In this document: positions 42,001 to 55,837 of the stretch, piece after piece
How the letters are laid out: every line of letters starts with the position of its first letter
Numbering within the stretch: the first letter of the stretch is position 1
Origin: Laetmonice hystrix
Lineage: Eukaryota
Length of the DNA stretch: 64,000 nt
NCBI GenBank assembly: GCA_965235115.1
Contig: OZ249436.1
Span: 49,230,001 to 49,294,000, forward strand
Reading direction: 5' to 3'
Notes under the pieces: model-generated
The model's database searches: none
What the model was told of the DNA's origin: nothing
The model's input: only the letters and a program-made list of their open reading frames with translations
Made by a program: the position numbers and the translations under genes

Positions 42001-45000
42001 TCACATGTGGCCTCTCACTTCTTGGAAGACTTCTGTACTGTAAAGAAGCTTGCAATCTTTGTGTAATACTGACTAACCTGAACTGTGGTTGATGTCTGCA
42101 CTCTTCTCTGTCCTACCAGGTCAATAGTCTTCACCTCTTCATTCATGTACTTTTTGGCTGTATCGTACACCCAGCTTGGCAGTGTTGCAGAGAACAATAA
42201 AGTCTGAGGATTTTTTTCACGATCTGTTAAGAAAAGAATGCCTATGTCATGAAAACTTTAAAAAAAAATCATCTAGCCAACTTGCTGGCTAGGCAATCAC
42301 TTTTGTGACTTTGCAGAAGACTAGTGAGTTACCTACTTGTATGGTATGAGTGCCAAAGGTGAGCCTAAGTAAATGGAAATTGACTAGAAAAACCTCATTC
42401 CAAATATAAAACTACAGTGACAGGAGTAACAAGGTATATCATGGTATTGTATACAGCCCTAGAAGGAACATTTAAAAAAAAATAGGAATTTCCAATGTCT
42501 TTTGCCGTTTTGATGATGTGATCTTTCCATGAAATGGTTTGATCAACAAAGTACACTGTCATTTTGCATAATTCAGGGATGAAAGTGGCCAGCTGTAAAA
42601 TTTCCTGAAATTCTGACCGGGGGGGAGCGGCGGGGGCCAATGTCCATAATTAATATTTGTTCATGCGCACATCCAAGGCTTACCCCCCCCCCCCCTTAAA
42701 AAAAGTCAGGCTAGGAACAGCAGACAATCATGATCCGATAAGGCCTCCTAGCTATTATATATTATAGGGCCTAGCCCTCAGTATTTAGTCGCCACCCCCC
42801 CCCCCCACCCCCTCAACCCCCCACCCCTGCAAGTTTGCTGGATAGACTCCATCACTCATCAGTCCATGCCCCTGTTCAAGGCTGTTGCTTGCCTGTCACT
42901 CAGTCACAGTCAGTGCATGTCAACCTCTGCCTGGCTCTGCCGTCTCTCTCCAACATTGGAATCCAGTCGGCTTTTAGCGTCCAAAATGCAACCGATTACG
43001 TTGTCAAACAGCTTCCATGTGTTAGACTGACCACACAGGCTGTCCATCAGTCTTGACCCTCAGCAGTCACGACCCTCAGCGGCTCTCAGCCAAGCAACAC
43101 AGGCTTCGCTGAGTCGAGTGGTTCAGCCCGTGTGTCCATGTGCCACTCATGTTGTTGTGAAAATTGTCACTTCCGGTCTTATCAGGACACCTGCACTGAT
43201 CGACAAATGTAATGAAAAGTCCTGACAACCCCAAAACTTCAGTGAAAACCACTTACGTAATGCCACTATCCTCAAATTTATATGCAAGAACACATTATGA
43301 GAACTTACTGACATATATACTAGGCAGATTCATAGAACTAAATTGACCCAGTTTCCTGTGAGGAGTGACATTGTGATGGTGCATAGTTCGTCAGCCTAAT
43401 CACTATCACCAACGCCGGGACTAGACAGACCGGTCTGTCTATACTATAGTCTCGTTCACTAAGTGAGCGCTCAGGCAAAACTCGCGCATGGATATGGCAT
43501 AATGGCAAGCCTGAATCAACGGGCTTCGCAGCTGCCTGACCATCAATTTTGCCTGAAGTCATTACCTGAGGCACGTCGCTCTCACCACAGCGACACGGGG
43601 CCGTGCCTGCCAGACAGGACAGACGCCACCGCGTGCCGGTAGAAGTCAGCCCACGCGGGCCGGTCTATGTGAGCGATGTCACCACAGCTACAGGGACCAG
43701 CACCCCCGGCAGACCGGCCTATGCACGGTGGCACCCGTGACACTGAACGGGTTTGAGACACTCTAATATCCCCATCTATAAACGAACTTTGGCAGGTAGA
43801 GATATATTGAGCTGCATGGTGTTAAAAAACGTCCTGGAAGGGGATATTGTTTCATTTGATATTAATTGCCCACCACACAGTCCAGTGCAATACTTAGCCT
43901 TGGCTTAGGCCTACCTCTTTTGCCTATAGATCTAGGCCTATTTCCTTTTTTGGGTGTTATTTCTTGGGGGGGGATTTTTTCAAATTTCCTGATTTCAGGA
44001 AATTTCCTGAAAACTTTCATCCCTGATAATTGTCCTAAATCCACAACAAGCCCAACACGGGACTGATCTGCCAAATCCACAAAAATGGTCATATCAAATT
44101 CCACCTGTAAAATTACCATGTCGATACATGTATTATGTTTACAACAGTACAAGGAATCCACAGCTGTAATAAGTGACTCACCTGTGTAGGCGACCTGTAA
44201 GATCTGGTCGACTATATCAGCAAACCCCATGTCCAACATACGGTCTACCTCATCCAAGACAGCATGTTCCAAACACTTGAGATTCAGGCGGTTTTTCTCA
44301 ACCAGGTCGTTAATACGTCCAGGGGTTCCGACAACTACGTCAACTCCCCTGCTGAGGGCACTCTCTGTTGAAACAAGTGTTTTGGTTAATACAAGCGTGT
44401 GTATGTGAACATTATGGAACAGTCCAAGTGATTACTTTAGTGAGGATTATGTATTGTTCAGCTGTATAATCAGATCTAATTGCTCAGTCTCAATCACACT
44501 GTAGGACATTCTTGTTTTTATCTTGATGCCATAGACTAGGAGAAATAGGACTGTACCTTGGGGGTAGTATGGTGTTCCACCATACACACAGAGAACATCA
44601 AGTCTGGGGCTGATCTTTGTGAAGTTTCCAGCTACCTGACTTGCTAATTCTCGAGTTGGTACCATGCATAACACCTGTAAGTGTAGAAAGTTTCTGGTAG
44701 AGAATCATGTAACCCTGCAGACAGTTGGGGTATGATGCAGAAACTCCCTTTAGCATACAATGGTAGATGATGGTTTTAAAAGAACTCTTCCCTTATTTGA
44801 AACTGAATCCTTACACAAATGATCTGTTCTTTCTTGCAAAACAATGAATTGTTTATAAAGCAAGTGTTTCACTCTGTTTTCACTCACTTTGGGTGGTCTT
44901 CCTCGAGCTTTAGATAGATTCTTCATTAGTATCTCGACCAGGGGAAGGGCAAACGCAAACTGGAACAGTCACCATATCAATTGCACACTCAACTTAGCAT

Positions 45001-48000
45001 CAAAAGTACATGACCAGTGTCAGATTACTGATACAACTACAATGCCACTGTCCTGACCACTTCCACTGAATAACAACATGCTCAACCCTACACAAAGATT
45101 TGGTGGACATCTTTGGGTATTGTCTTTATGGACCCAAGGCTCTCAAAAGTAGCCGGTCAGCAGCGGCAAAACGCCATCTAAAACCAGTTTTGCCGCCACC
45201 TACTTTTTGTGGAATGACAAAAAAATCTTGTGTTAAGTTCAGGAAAAAACCTCCCTTTTAAAAACAGAGCTAGACAAGAATCTCCTTTTAGAAAGGACAT
45301 GTCAATGCATTTGACCCATTGCAATCAAGTGATAGTAGTTTATCATAAAAATATTTACCGTTTTACCGGTTCCAGTACCTAGAATAAAACAAAATAGATA
45401 ACTGTAAAAAAAGAGCTGGTGTAACCTGAAATAATCGAAATACCTACTTCTTCACATTACATTTAATTTCACAATGTATTTCATATTGAAATCCTATAGT
45501 TCAATATTACTGTGACACTCTGACATTGAAATTATTAAAGGCCCATAGATCCTGAATATATAATGAAAAGATACATGTATAACATACCTTTCACCCCTAA
45601 CTATGTGATGTATAAGTATGGTGATCATGCATTTGCCCATATGTGAGAAAAATTAAACAGTAGGGCTCTGATATAGGACGCTACTGCCCCTAGAGTTTAC
45701 ATTTCAAAATAGTTCTCGGTTGGTATGACCTGCTCACTATGATGCGTATGTATAGGAGGAGATTCCTCCGTTGAATAGCATTGTTGACTAGATGTCTAAG
45801 ATTAGCGGCAAGCCTGGTGAGGCTCTTGATGCCACTGGTGTATTTTTTCATAATTGGTGATTGTTTGAGCTCCAGGTTACAGATAATGGGTAAGGCTGAA
45901 TTATACTGATAGGGGGCAATTTCATCGTTATATATTTGCGACCCAGTGCCGTCGTGCCCATAGGGGCCCGCCCCCCACCAAATTTTGAGAGTCCAATTCG
46001 GTAAAATTCGCTGTATTCAGTACCGCTCTGACAAAAATTTCTGGCTACAATCCTGAGTAGGAACACTAAAATGGGAGACCTACAGGTAATAATCTATAAA
46101 GCGTCTCCTGTAACAATGATATGATAAGGCTTGACACTTACGGGCTTTAGTGATCAGATCAAATCCATCATATACATGATCAAAGGTCTTAGACTGCACT
46201 GGGAACAGATATCCCACACCGGATTCTGAAAATATACAAATCCATCATATACCGTAAATGATCGTGTATAGTACGCACTCGTGTATAGTACGCAGGCGAT
46301 TTTTGGGGCTAAGACCAAGGGGAAAAAAATCCAACTACAATGTATAAACATCATCACAGAATCCCGGCATGGCAGCTAGAACCTGAGGTGTGAACTCCTG
46401 CAGCCGGCTCCAGCCACAGTTAGCATGTCCAGGCCTGCATGCTCTACAAACGGTCACACCTATATATTTAGCAATTCTTAGTTATATATGGCACTATAAG
46501 ACAAAGGGGGGCCTGTACCTTACGGGTATAACCATGGCCAGAGATAGAGCCAATTCAGATCTGCTACTGACTAAACCCCTGCCCCCACCTAGACCAGCAG
46601 CAAACCAAACTGCCCATTTTAGGGCCCCAACTCCTCAGAAAAGGGTTCGATTAATGCTATATCCCGTTAATACAAAATGATGTAGGCCCTTAATTACTCC
46701 CCAGAACGTGCTGTAAGGCCACGTGGCCGGCAACTTTAGTGTTTCGTTTTACCACCACGCGCCACTAGGTGCTACGGTAGTGACGCCTGGTGGCAAAATG
46801 GAAGACTAATATTTCACCTCTGCGTTCCACGGTTGCCTTGGCCTAGGTTGCAAGTTTATAACCAAGTGTTTTAGAAATACGCCTTCAATTAAGAAACTAA
46901 TGCCTTTATTGAATATATCTGGGCCTAGTAGTGTATTTTGAATGCGTATTTCCAAGTGGTTACTGGTGTAGTGACTCAAGCCAAGACCCTCCATTAGGCC
47001 AGTCGTCCATTTTTGGCAGTCAAGATGTGTCGACTGACCGTGGATTTTGCTTAGACTCGTGTATAAGACGCACTGGATTTTCAGAGGCAAGTTTGGGGGT
47101 AAAAAAGTGCGTACTATACACGATCATTTACGGTACATGATCAAAGGTCTTAGACTGCACTGGGAACAGATATCCCACACCGGATTCTGAAAATATACAA
47201 ATCCATCATATACATGATCAAAGGTCTTAGACTGCACTGGGAACAGATATCCCACACCGGATTCTGAAAATATACAAATCCACTTACAAACATCCTGCTA
47301 TAAATAACCTGTAACACATTTCAAAGATTAGCCAGGAAATCAAATTTAGTTAAAGCAAACTTTTAATCGTTAAAGACACATTTTGAACAATAAGAAAATT
47401 CCCCACCCTTCAGCTTGGTGACAGTTTCCGGTGAGATTCTGAAGTTGGAGAATGCCCCTTCCTTTTCTTCTGGGCTGAGTTCTTTTTCTTCTTCCACTTT
47501 TTCTGTCACTCCATTTGCATCAGCAATCTTCTTTTCTTTCTTCTTCTTCTTCTTAGGCACTTCACTTGTTTCATCTTCCTCAGACACTCCATTTTGCTGA
47601 ACTGGTAGCTTCACTTTCTTTTCTTTTTTGGTCTTATCAAAGTTAACTTCTTCTACAACTTCATTTGATGCTCCATTGACTTCCAGGGTTTTTTCTTTTT
47701 TCTGTTTTTTTGGAACAGAGCATGCTTCGTTTTCAACAGATGAGCTGTCGGATTCAGCTGAGCGTTTGAGCTTCTTTTCTTTCTTCAGCTTCTATAAAAG
47801 ATAAAGCTTGGTAAGACAATATTTTTCTTTTGTGTTTTTCTTTTTATGAGGCAAGAAATTTGGCATGCTACTTCTGTCGTTCTTACCTCAAGTAAAAATC
47901 TAGTAATTGTAAAATTCTGTGCCCCCAGATTTCCTGCCGGAGTCCCAAATTTCGAATCCAAGGAGTGTGCCACGGTACTAAGTATTTTGAGAGGAGTGGG

Positions 48001-48848
48001 CCATGCCACCTGTGCCAGGTCGGGACATGGATGTCGACCCGTTGTGGTCATCGGGATTGGGGGGGGGGGGGGGGGGGAACCGACGGCCCCCGGGGCGGTG
48101 TCAACAGGTGTGCGTCACATGACACCAGGGATTTTCCCCATCCATTCCTAGTCCCAGTTCAAATGGTGTCTCAATGTGCAAAAACGGATTAACTGTGCAC
48201 GGCTGACGAATTCATGTTAATGGTTAATATGTCCAGATTATCGTTCTTTTCTCAGCTAAAAGGCAGGTATTACCTATGAGTGACAGCGTTTCTGCTTGAT
48301 GTTGAAAGCGTTTAGGGGAAATATAGGAAAATTGTCAACATTGCATTACATATATAGTTGGTAAGGGAAGTAGGCCTAATCATGTATTCGTAGAGATATG
48401 AATCGGTGCCGTTTCTTTATTGGACGGGATTTGATTAAATATATCTATGCGTTCGCTAACGACCCTAACACGACAGTGTACATAGGCAAATGTTGCCACT
48501 GACTGACTGCACTCAGTGCCACTCACTGCAGCCAACCTCCCGGAGAAAACAGACCGCGACACGGGCTAGCTCCCAGATTTTTTTGCTCAATTTCTAACCC
48601 TGGATTCAGTAACAAAAATGGTGAACAAAAGTAGTGCTACATTTTAACCATGAATTAATTTCTCTGTCTCTACACACCAGCCAAGATGCCTTCCGAGTTC
48701 CGTGATTGCGAAATGGCCTCATGACCCGAAATGGCTAAATACATCTTTTATCGCCCACCCTCGGCATTTATCTCCGCTTACCGTAATAACTCGAGTAACA
48801 ATCCAAACATACCTTCTTCGTTTTGTTCTCTATGGTAAGTTCCGTCAT
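39002..48848 (-). CDS. DDX21: Nucleolar RNA helicase DDX21/DDX50-like, ~15 exons: 48848-48813, 47791-47407, 46225-46142, 45378-45359, 44959-44888, 44674-44557, 44364-44182, 42223-42078, ~41740-41533, ~41272-41168, ~40936-40817, ~40612-40539, ~40369-40210, ~39967-39833, ~39350-39002
   Basis: Lys/Glu-rich N-terminus, [84 protein letters not shown]-like region (SRSLL..G..FDVP) and an RGG/FG-rich tail. Confidence 0.95.
42574..44025. mobile_element. hAT-like non-autonomous element (~1.45 kb) in a DDX21 intron
   Basis: TIRs CAGGGATGAAAGT and ACTTTCATCCCTG; ATAATT on both flanks. Confidence 0.75.
46250..47135. mobile_element. Tc1/mariner-pogo (Tigger-like) MITE with TA TSD
   Basis: TA|CCGTAAATGATCGTGTATAGTACGCAC ... 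GTGCGTACTATACACGATCATTTACGG|TA, perfect TIRs. Confidence 0.9.
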
Positions 48849-50064
48849 GCTGATAGTTTACTCAGGTGGATGTAATTCAGAAGTGTCAATTAATTCAGAG
48901 CGAAGGCCACCCCAAGTGTACACGTTTAGTCAACACACGTGGTGTTGACGGAAAGGACCGCGACCTGGCGAATGCAGAATGTACTAAAATTCTGCACTTG
49001 TTACCGCTAGGGTATAAAGTGTGCCACGTGAACGCTCTGATTGCACTGACACCACCTTGCGGCGAGCGTATGTTAAGGACATTTTGGTAAAAAAGGGGGT
49101 GTAGGCCTAAAATGAATTATTTTCTTAACCAAAGGAAACCTTTAGATCTATTATTTCCACACAGGATGTCCCGAGATTGCATTTTAGGCCTAGGCTATTT
49201 GATGTCTTTTTGTTAAATTTCCTAGCTCGGAGCATGGCCATCTGTGAAGTAGCCTAGGCCTATCTAAACTTCGGACCCCCCCCCCCCCCTTCAAAAACTC
49301 TGGATAGGCCTAGACTCTACGCCACTGCATGGAGTGGAATGGGCAAAGAATCCGCCAAAAAATCGATAGGCTAGGCTATAGGCCCTAGATCTAGCCTATA
49401 AGGTTTCAGTCGAGAATCAGTGTTTATCAATGAGAAACACCTTTTTTCAACCCAAATTCTAATAGGCCTAGGTCAAGTGATGTAGGCCTACACAGGGCCA
49501 AGTTCAACTGACAGGCCTAAAACAATGTTTTTCAATTAAAAAACAATGTTTTTGGGTTGAAAAACAGTGTTAAGCAAACCTTACCCATTCCGCTTGATAG
49601 GCCTAGCCTAGACTAGGCCTATAGTTGAGTCTGAAATAATGGAATGTATTGAATAAATTATTGAAGAATTAGCATGGATTCCAGCGTGACGGAATCACCA
49701 TATTTGCACTCAGTTTCCACCACTAGGGTTGACATTATTTAATGGCAGCAGACGACATACATTTGCATTTTGATTTTTCATGAACGTTTGCCTCATGGGT
49801 TTATTAAAATGATAGAGTGGTATAGGCCTATATAGTTCACGGTAATGCAAACCTCACACCCACTTAATCTGCGTGACGGAATCACATGTTTTTGGACATG
49901 CACTTTTGGGTCAAGTAGGCCTACTGCAAAGTGAAATCTCTGCTCTGTGAATGAAATCACGTAGTCCGCAACATTTTCCGATGCGAGTAGGCCTATATCT
50001 ATGTATTTTCGCTTCAGATAAATGCAGTATTTTGATACTGTAGTATAAGTAACCACAGTAGCGG

Positions 50065-51192
50065 TGTGCCTTATATCGCGCACGTATGTTATATCGCGCA
50101 GCATCCTCTGGCGGGAGTTTTTTACCGGTAGGTGTCGTGACACCCAACAAAAAAGGCGGGAACAGTGAATCGTAATCGATGACGTTATTTTAGTGACGTG
50201 ACACGCCTAAGAGGAGCCTGCACAAGTCCTATCGGCAAGCCTAAGTTTTTTTTAGCGTTTTCCTATCATCTGGGGCAGATTACTTATAAATCTAGGTTTT
50301 CAGTGTATGTTTAGTATCTTGTAGATCACAAGGAATAGTAGGGCCTAATAACTACCTTTACGTGAAAATAGAAGGGTTTTCTGATCTCTTTCGATCGCTA
50401 AAGCAAGTGTGACTACATCTGGCAAAGCAGTAGGTCAAGGTCAGTAATTTGTTGCATTGTGCCTAATATCGCGCACTCATGTTGTTATATCGCGCAGTGA
50501 CATGTTCTAATATCGCGCATGGATTAACGAGGTTTGACTGTATGTCCACTAAAAAAGCCGGATTTTTACGTTATATAATTTTAAATGTCCTTAACGAGGA
50601 AAATTTTGTGTAGGCCTAAACAGCACAACGATTTTTGGTCCAGAAGTAGAAACGATTTTTGGTCCTACAAAAAAATATAAAAAATATCTAAAGAGGTAAA
50701 TAACAGATTTTTTGTGATAAAAAAATATAAAAAATGTAAAACTAACTTGTTTTCGATAGTATTTAGACTAGCAGTACATATATGCTCAAATTCAATTTCT
50801 TCTACCAAGCTGTTATTTTGCGATGATATATAAAAGATGTTGCTTAGATCATAGCCATTTTATAATAGCTTTCTATGATGCGCGATATAAGGACATGCAC
50901 GCGATATTAGAAACAATGGGTGTCTTAATATCGCGCAGTCACCTTTTAAATTAAAAAATAGGACTTTATTACATGGGTATATCAAATGATCATAATAATT
51001 AAATATTAAATCAACTTCACATAGGCCCCTAGGTGTTATACGTGAATCAGGGCGATGTCTTTTGATGCAAACCTGATATCCTCTCTTTGATTTTAAATAT
51101 GCCAGCAATGGTCGAAATGACCATGTTTTAAGCACCTAGTATTTACAACCTTGTCCTTATATCGCGCACTGAGTGCGCGATATAAGGCACAT
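50065..51192. mobile_element. Non-autonomous DNA transposon with repeated TATCGCGCA motifs
   Basis: tgtgccttatatcgcgcac (~50065) is inverted with gtgcgcgatataaggcaca (~51173-51191); many internal copies of the motif in both orientations. Confidence 0.7.
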
Positions 51193-53271
51193 TCCCCATA
51201 GTTAAGAATTTCCGTGACGGAATCACGTGACGGAATCACCAGTGCACTTTCCTCCTTTTGCAATAGGCTAACAGATGAGCGAGTCGTTATCTCAAAACGT
51301 TAAGTGTGGACCGCTCTACACAATGATTGACTTGACCAAGCACGAGAGACCACAATGTAGTGTCAACAGTTAATGCATACATTCAGCAGAAAGGGAACTC
51401 TCTTCAAATGTGGCATTTTAATGTATAGGCCTAACTTTAAAAAAAATTAAACATGGACGTTATTCAACTGGAATGTCCATACAAAGTCAGCAACAAAGTA
51501 ACCCTTTTTTGTTATATTTAGTGGTTAATTCAGTTGCTCTAATGGAAGCATTCAAAGCATTGAAGTTGTCATCATCTAACACTCCACTTTCCTCCGCACA
51601 CGAGTGGTGAAACCACCCCTGACAGCCTTACTATATCTACAGTTTAGGCCTACTATCTTCAATAAAGTGGGGGTTTAATTTTTTTGGAGACAAAATGATA
51701 ATTTCAGGTTTTTACCGGGAAATATGGGCCCTTTTCAAAAGTGGCACACCAGTAGCAATGGCGTAGAAACGTGACAAAAAGTGGGGTGGGGGGGGGATCT
51801 CAGGCACGAAACCAGCACTGCACGAAAGGGGGCACCCTCGAGCACCAAAGGAGCGATGTGCCACACTGGGGGGGGGGGCGAAATTTTTTGAATTTAAAAG
51901 GCCCCAAAACGCTTTTTCCTGGAATCTGGAGATAGAAATTGTGGAGTTTCTTAAAGCATTTAGGTAAAGTTTAGGTCTGTAGCAGAATTTAAGCAGATAT
52001 TGGAAATTCTGGGTCTGAAAGTGGGGGGGGGGGGGGGGCACAAACATATCTTTGCCCAGTGGCGTACCCAGAAACTGGACTCAGGGGGGTGCTAGAAATA
52101 ACCAACGTCGTAGGCGCTGCAAATTGGGAGGGGGCTATGGGCAACACTGAAGCGCCAAAACAAAAATGGGCAAATTGAGGGGGGTGCTTGAGCACCCCAA
52201 GCACCCCCCCTGGGTACGCTACTGGTATGTCCCCCCGATGCGCCCCCCCCCCCCCTTCGTTATACGGCCCAGGGTATTCAGAGGTGACTCGCTAACTGCC
52301 GGGGTGGGAGGCTGAAAGACATCGCATTTACACTGGATCCGGCGACTTTGAATTTCACTAAAAGGACAAATTGTTATAGGCGCCGGAGGTTCCTTGGCGA
52401 CTTCGACCCCCCCCCCCCCAAAAAAAAAACAACAAAAAAAACAAACCCAAAACATTCAGAGTTTTACCAGTGTCGTGCAGACAGGCTCGACAAACTGTAT
52501 ACATCCCTCGTGGTAACCTAAACCCCACGAAATTTGGTCGGAAGTAAGACTCCATAGCCCTGACCTTATCCCTAAACCCCGGCCTATCCCTACACCTCCC
52601 CAGAAACATAACCCTATCCAAAAATTTGCGGGGAAGTAACCATGGGGGAATAGATCAAAAACCGGGCAAAGGCGCTGGCAAAGGTCTCTTTGTCTCTCGG
52701 AGTTGTGTGTATGCGAGCAGACCTTGTGGATTACATAACAGGCATGGCTTACTGCATGTGGACAACGAGCACGAGGCCTTGTCTCAAACGTGTAGGGGGG
52801 GGCCTACGAGACAATAGCGCGGCGCGGTGGCGTCGGTGGCGCGGTCGGTAGGTGGGAGGGGGCGAGTTTGGAGGTGCGTATGCCTTGCATTGGATCGGAG
52901 TCTGCATGATTGTGTGTATTTCGGGAAAGTCAGTGAAGCGTTCAACCCCTTCCAATGAGCTGAGAGCTGACCCTGTAGGTTGAGGCAGCAGTAAAATATT
53001 CATTTAATCTGACCGACCGGCAACAACACGCGCATGCGTGGCGGGAAAATGAGCTTGCAAGGGCCAGTTTCGAGCACTTGGCCGCAGTTGCTACCTGGAA
53101 TTCGTAGAGAGAGGTGGAAGGCCCACAGCTTTCCGTCATTGAAACTTATTCAACTGAACAAGAAACTCCACTGCTTGACAACACCTCACTGGCGTTGGTA
53201 GTGACAAAAAACTGCCCAGGAATTGAAGTCAAAGGTAGGTAGACCTGAATTATCTTTAGAAAGACATTCGA

Positions 53272-53591
53272 CAAAGGCCACTCACCGGCTAATACAGGCT
53301 GGCACGTACATTCATGCAGCGCTCGCCAGACTCTGTCATGACTTTGCCGGACTCGCGACTGACCACCGTACACTCTCCCAACTGACCCCCATACACTGTC
53401 ACGATTATCGGCTCCCGATCCATGCAGTGTTGGTGGCCAGGACAGCCGACGACAGTTGGCCGTAATCCGCTTGGTTCCCGATTGGTTTTTCGAATCGGCA
53501 ACGATCTGCTCCAACTGCAGTCGGAAGCGGTCGGGAACAATGGCTACCGACTGGAGTTGGACAAAATCCGGAAAGTGTACAGTGGGCTTTA
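53272..53591. mobile_element. Probable Harbinger-like MITE
   Basis: aaaggccactcac at left and gtacagtgggcttt at right; begins where similarity to the 54105-54260 paralogous segment ends. Confidence 0.5.
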
Positions 53592-55837
53592 TAGGCCTAG
53601 ATGTAGGCCTAATGTAATGCCAAATCTTAAATGCCGTTCAGTTTAAACGAAATTAATTATTTTAGATGAACAGATTGTGTACGATGAAGTCATGCCATAC
53701 TAAGAAGTTAATACAGTGATGTGTTGTGACAGTATTATTTACCAATTTATGCGTTTATTTAATTTCCAGGTCGTGTAGGCCCACTTTGCTGGTTTTCTCC
53801 AAGCTTGGGCCACTGCATGATAAGGTGAGTTTCAGATCAGATTTAGGGATTCTGCCTCAGTTCTCGCAAAAGAGTTTTTACAGGAATGTGCATATCAAAA
53901 ATCATATATACAAATGTATATGTGTACCACCTCTTTTCTTATTTTGATGATTGATTATATTTCGTAGCCTTGCTGTGAGGCAAGAGTAGGTATACTTTTA
54001 TATTTACTTTTACATTTTGCATTTCTACTCGTTACAGTGACGGGGACACTGAGCCAGTTCAACCAGAGTTGAGTCGCAGTAGTCAGGGGTTGCCACTATG
54101 TCGTAGGCCCACAGCTTTCCTTCAGTGAAACCAATTGAACTTCACCTGAACAAAAAAAACTACTGCTTGACCGCATCTCAACTGGAAGCAACGAAGAACC
54201 AAATCGGCCTTGAATCGGAGGTAGGTAGGCCTAAATTATCTTTAGAAAGATATTCGGCCCAGGTTTCGGCTTTTATTTTCTTTTATTTATATAAATTTAA
54301 TTTTTTCTTTTTTTAATGAAGGTGCATTTCTGATCAATCAGGTGCACACATTCGTGTATTATTGAAAGTTTGTGTCCTTGAAAAGCTATTATGAGCCTGG
54401 CTAATCCTTACTTCAGTAATTGTCAAACTGTCCGAGGAATTCTCACATCAGTTCTCAGGGATCATGAATGCAGACCCCTATCAACAAATGGGCATAGGCT
54501 CCCTTTTTTGTTGTTGACTAATTGATCCTATTTCATTACAAGACACAAGTGTATAAGTGAGTTTTATTGCTTTATTTATGTATCGTTTCATATCATTTTA
54601 TTAAACATCCGACCTTTCTTGTTTTCAGTTGGACATCTACCGGGAACCTGTCACGATGAAAAGGGAAAATGATTGGTTGGTTGTTTAATTACTTAGCTGG
54701 TTGGTTGGTAGATAGTGGGTTGATTGGGCGGTAAGTTGTCCAACGGTAGGTTGATGTCGCTGTACTGTGAAACAATTGTTAAACTATACCTTATTGCCAA
54801 GTCAGAATGTTCACACTGGCCGCTGTCTGGGTAACTGTCGCGTCGTAATTTGTTGCACCACAGTCGGTGTTGGGTGGTCAACAGGCTTCATACCTGCTGC
54901 AGTGGAATATGACGGTGTTTTTCCTAACCCCCCACCTTTCGTAGTCTGTCTTCACATGCTGCTGGTAAAAGTTGTTAGAATCGGGCAGTCACCTGTTCAT
55001 ACAGGTAAAACTGTTCATTGGCCATACAGACTAGGGGGGCAGTGTGTCCCAGAGAGGAGGGGCAATGTACGGGACTGTTCGGCAAGGGTTCCTCCTCGCT
55101 CCGACAGCCGGCATCCTGTGCCAAAGATGCTTATAGATGTCACCAGTGGGTAATCGTGTGTTGTTCAGACGCCAGATCAGGTGGCCAGGGAAGTGGGTAG
55201 CTTGACTATGACATTAGTTCACCTTCAGCTTCTATGCCTTTTCGTGAACATTTCTGACAGAACAATTGCAGTGATCAAGTGAGCCAGGCCCCTGAGCTCC
55301 TTGGCCTCTCGGGTTCGTATTCCATTCGGACCTCGATGAGACAAAGTTTGTCAGTTACTTGCTGCCATAAAAACTGTTCCCTTCAGATTTCATATTTTAA
55401 TTATTTTATTATATATCTTGCTGCTGAAAGTTGTTTTCTCACGGTAAAACCTGTTGACCTCAATATGACTAGATTATTGTTGTTGAAACTGTTCCATTCA
55501 GGTTTGATTTCATATTTTAAATATTTATCTTTCCAAAGTCATAACCCGAGCTTCCTTGAGATGGTCGTTATGCAAATAGATGATGGCTAAAGGCTGACAA
55601 GTTGGAAAGTGCACCCTAAAACCTGCAGAATCTGCAGAAAAGGTTAGTTGGTTGGTTGATTAGATAGTGCGTTGTTTGTTTGGGGAGCGTAGGTAGTTAG
55701 ATGGGCTGGTTTTCAGGTAACTAGGGCGGTGATCAGATGGGTGGTTGGGTCGGTGGGTGGACACCAGGTGGTCAGATGGTGGGCTGGTTGGTGTAAGTTT
55801 GGGTTGGGTGGCTGAGTGTGTGGTTGTGTGAGGCCAA

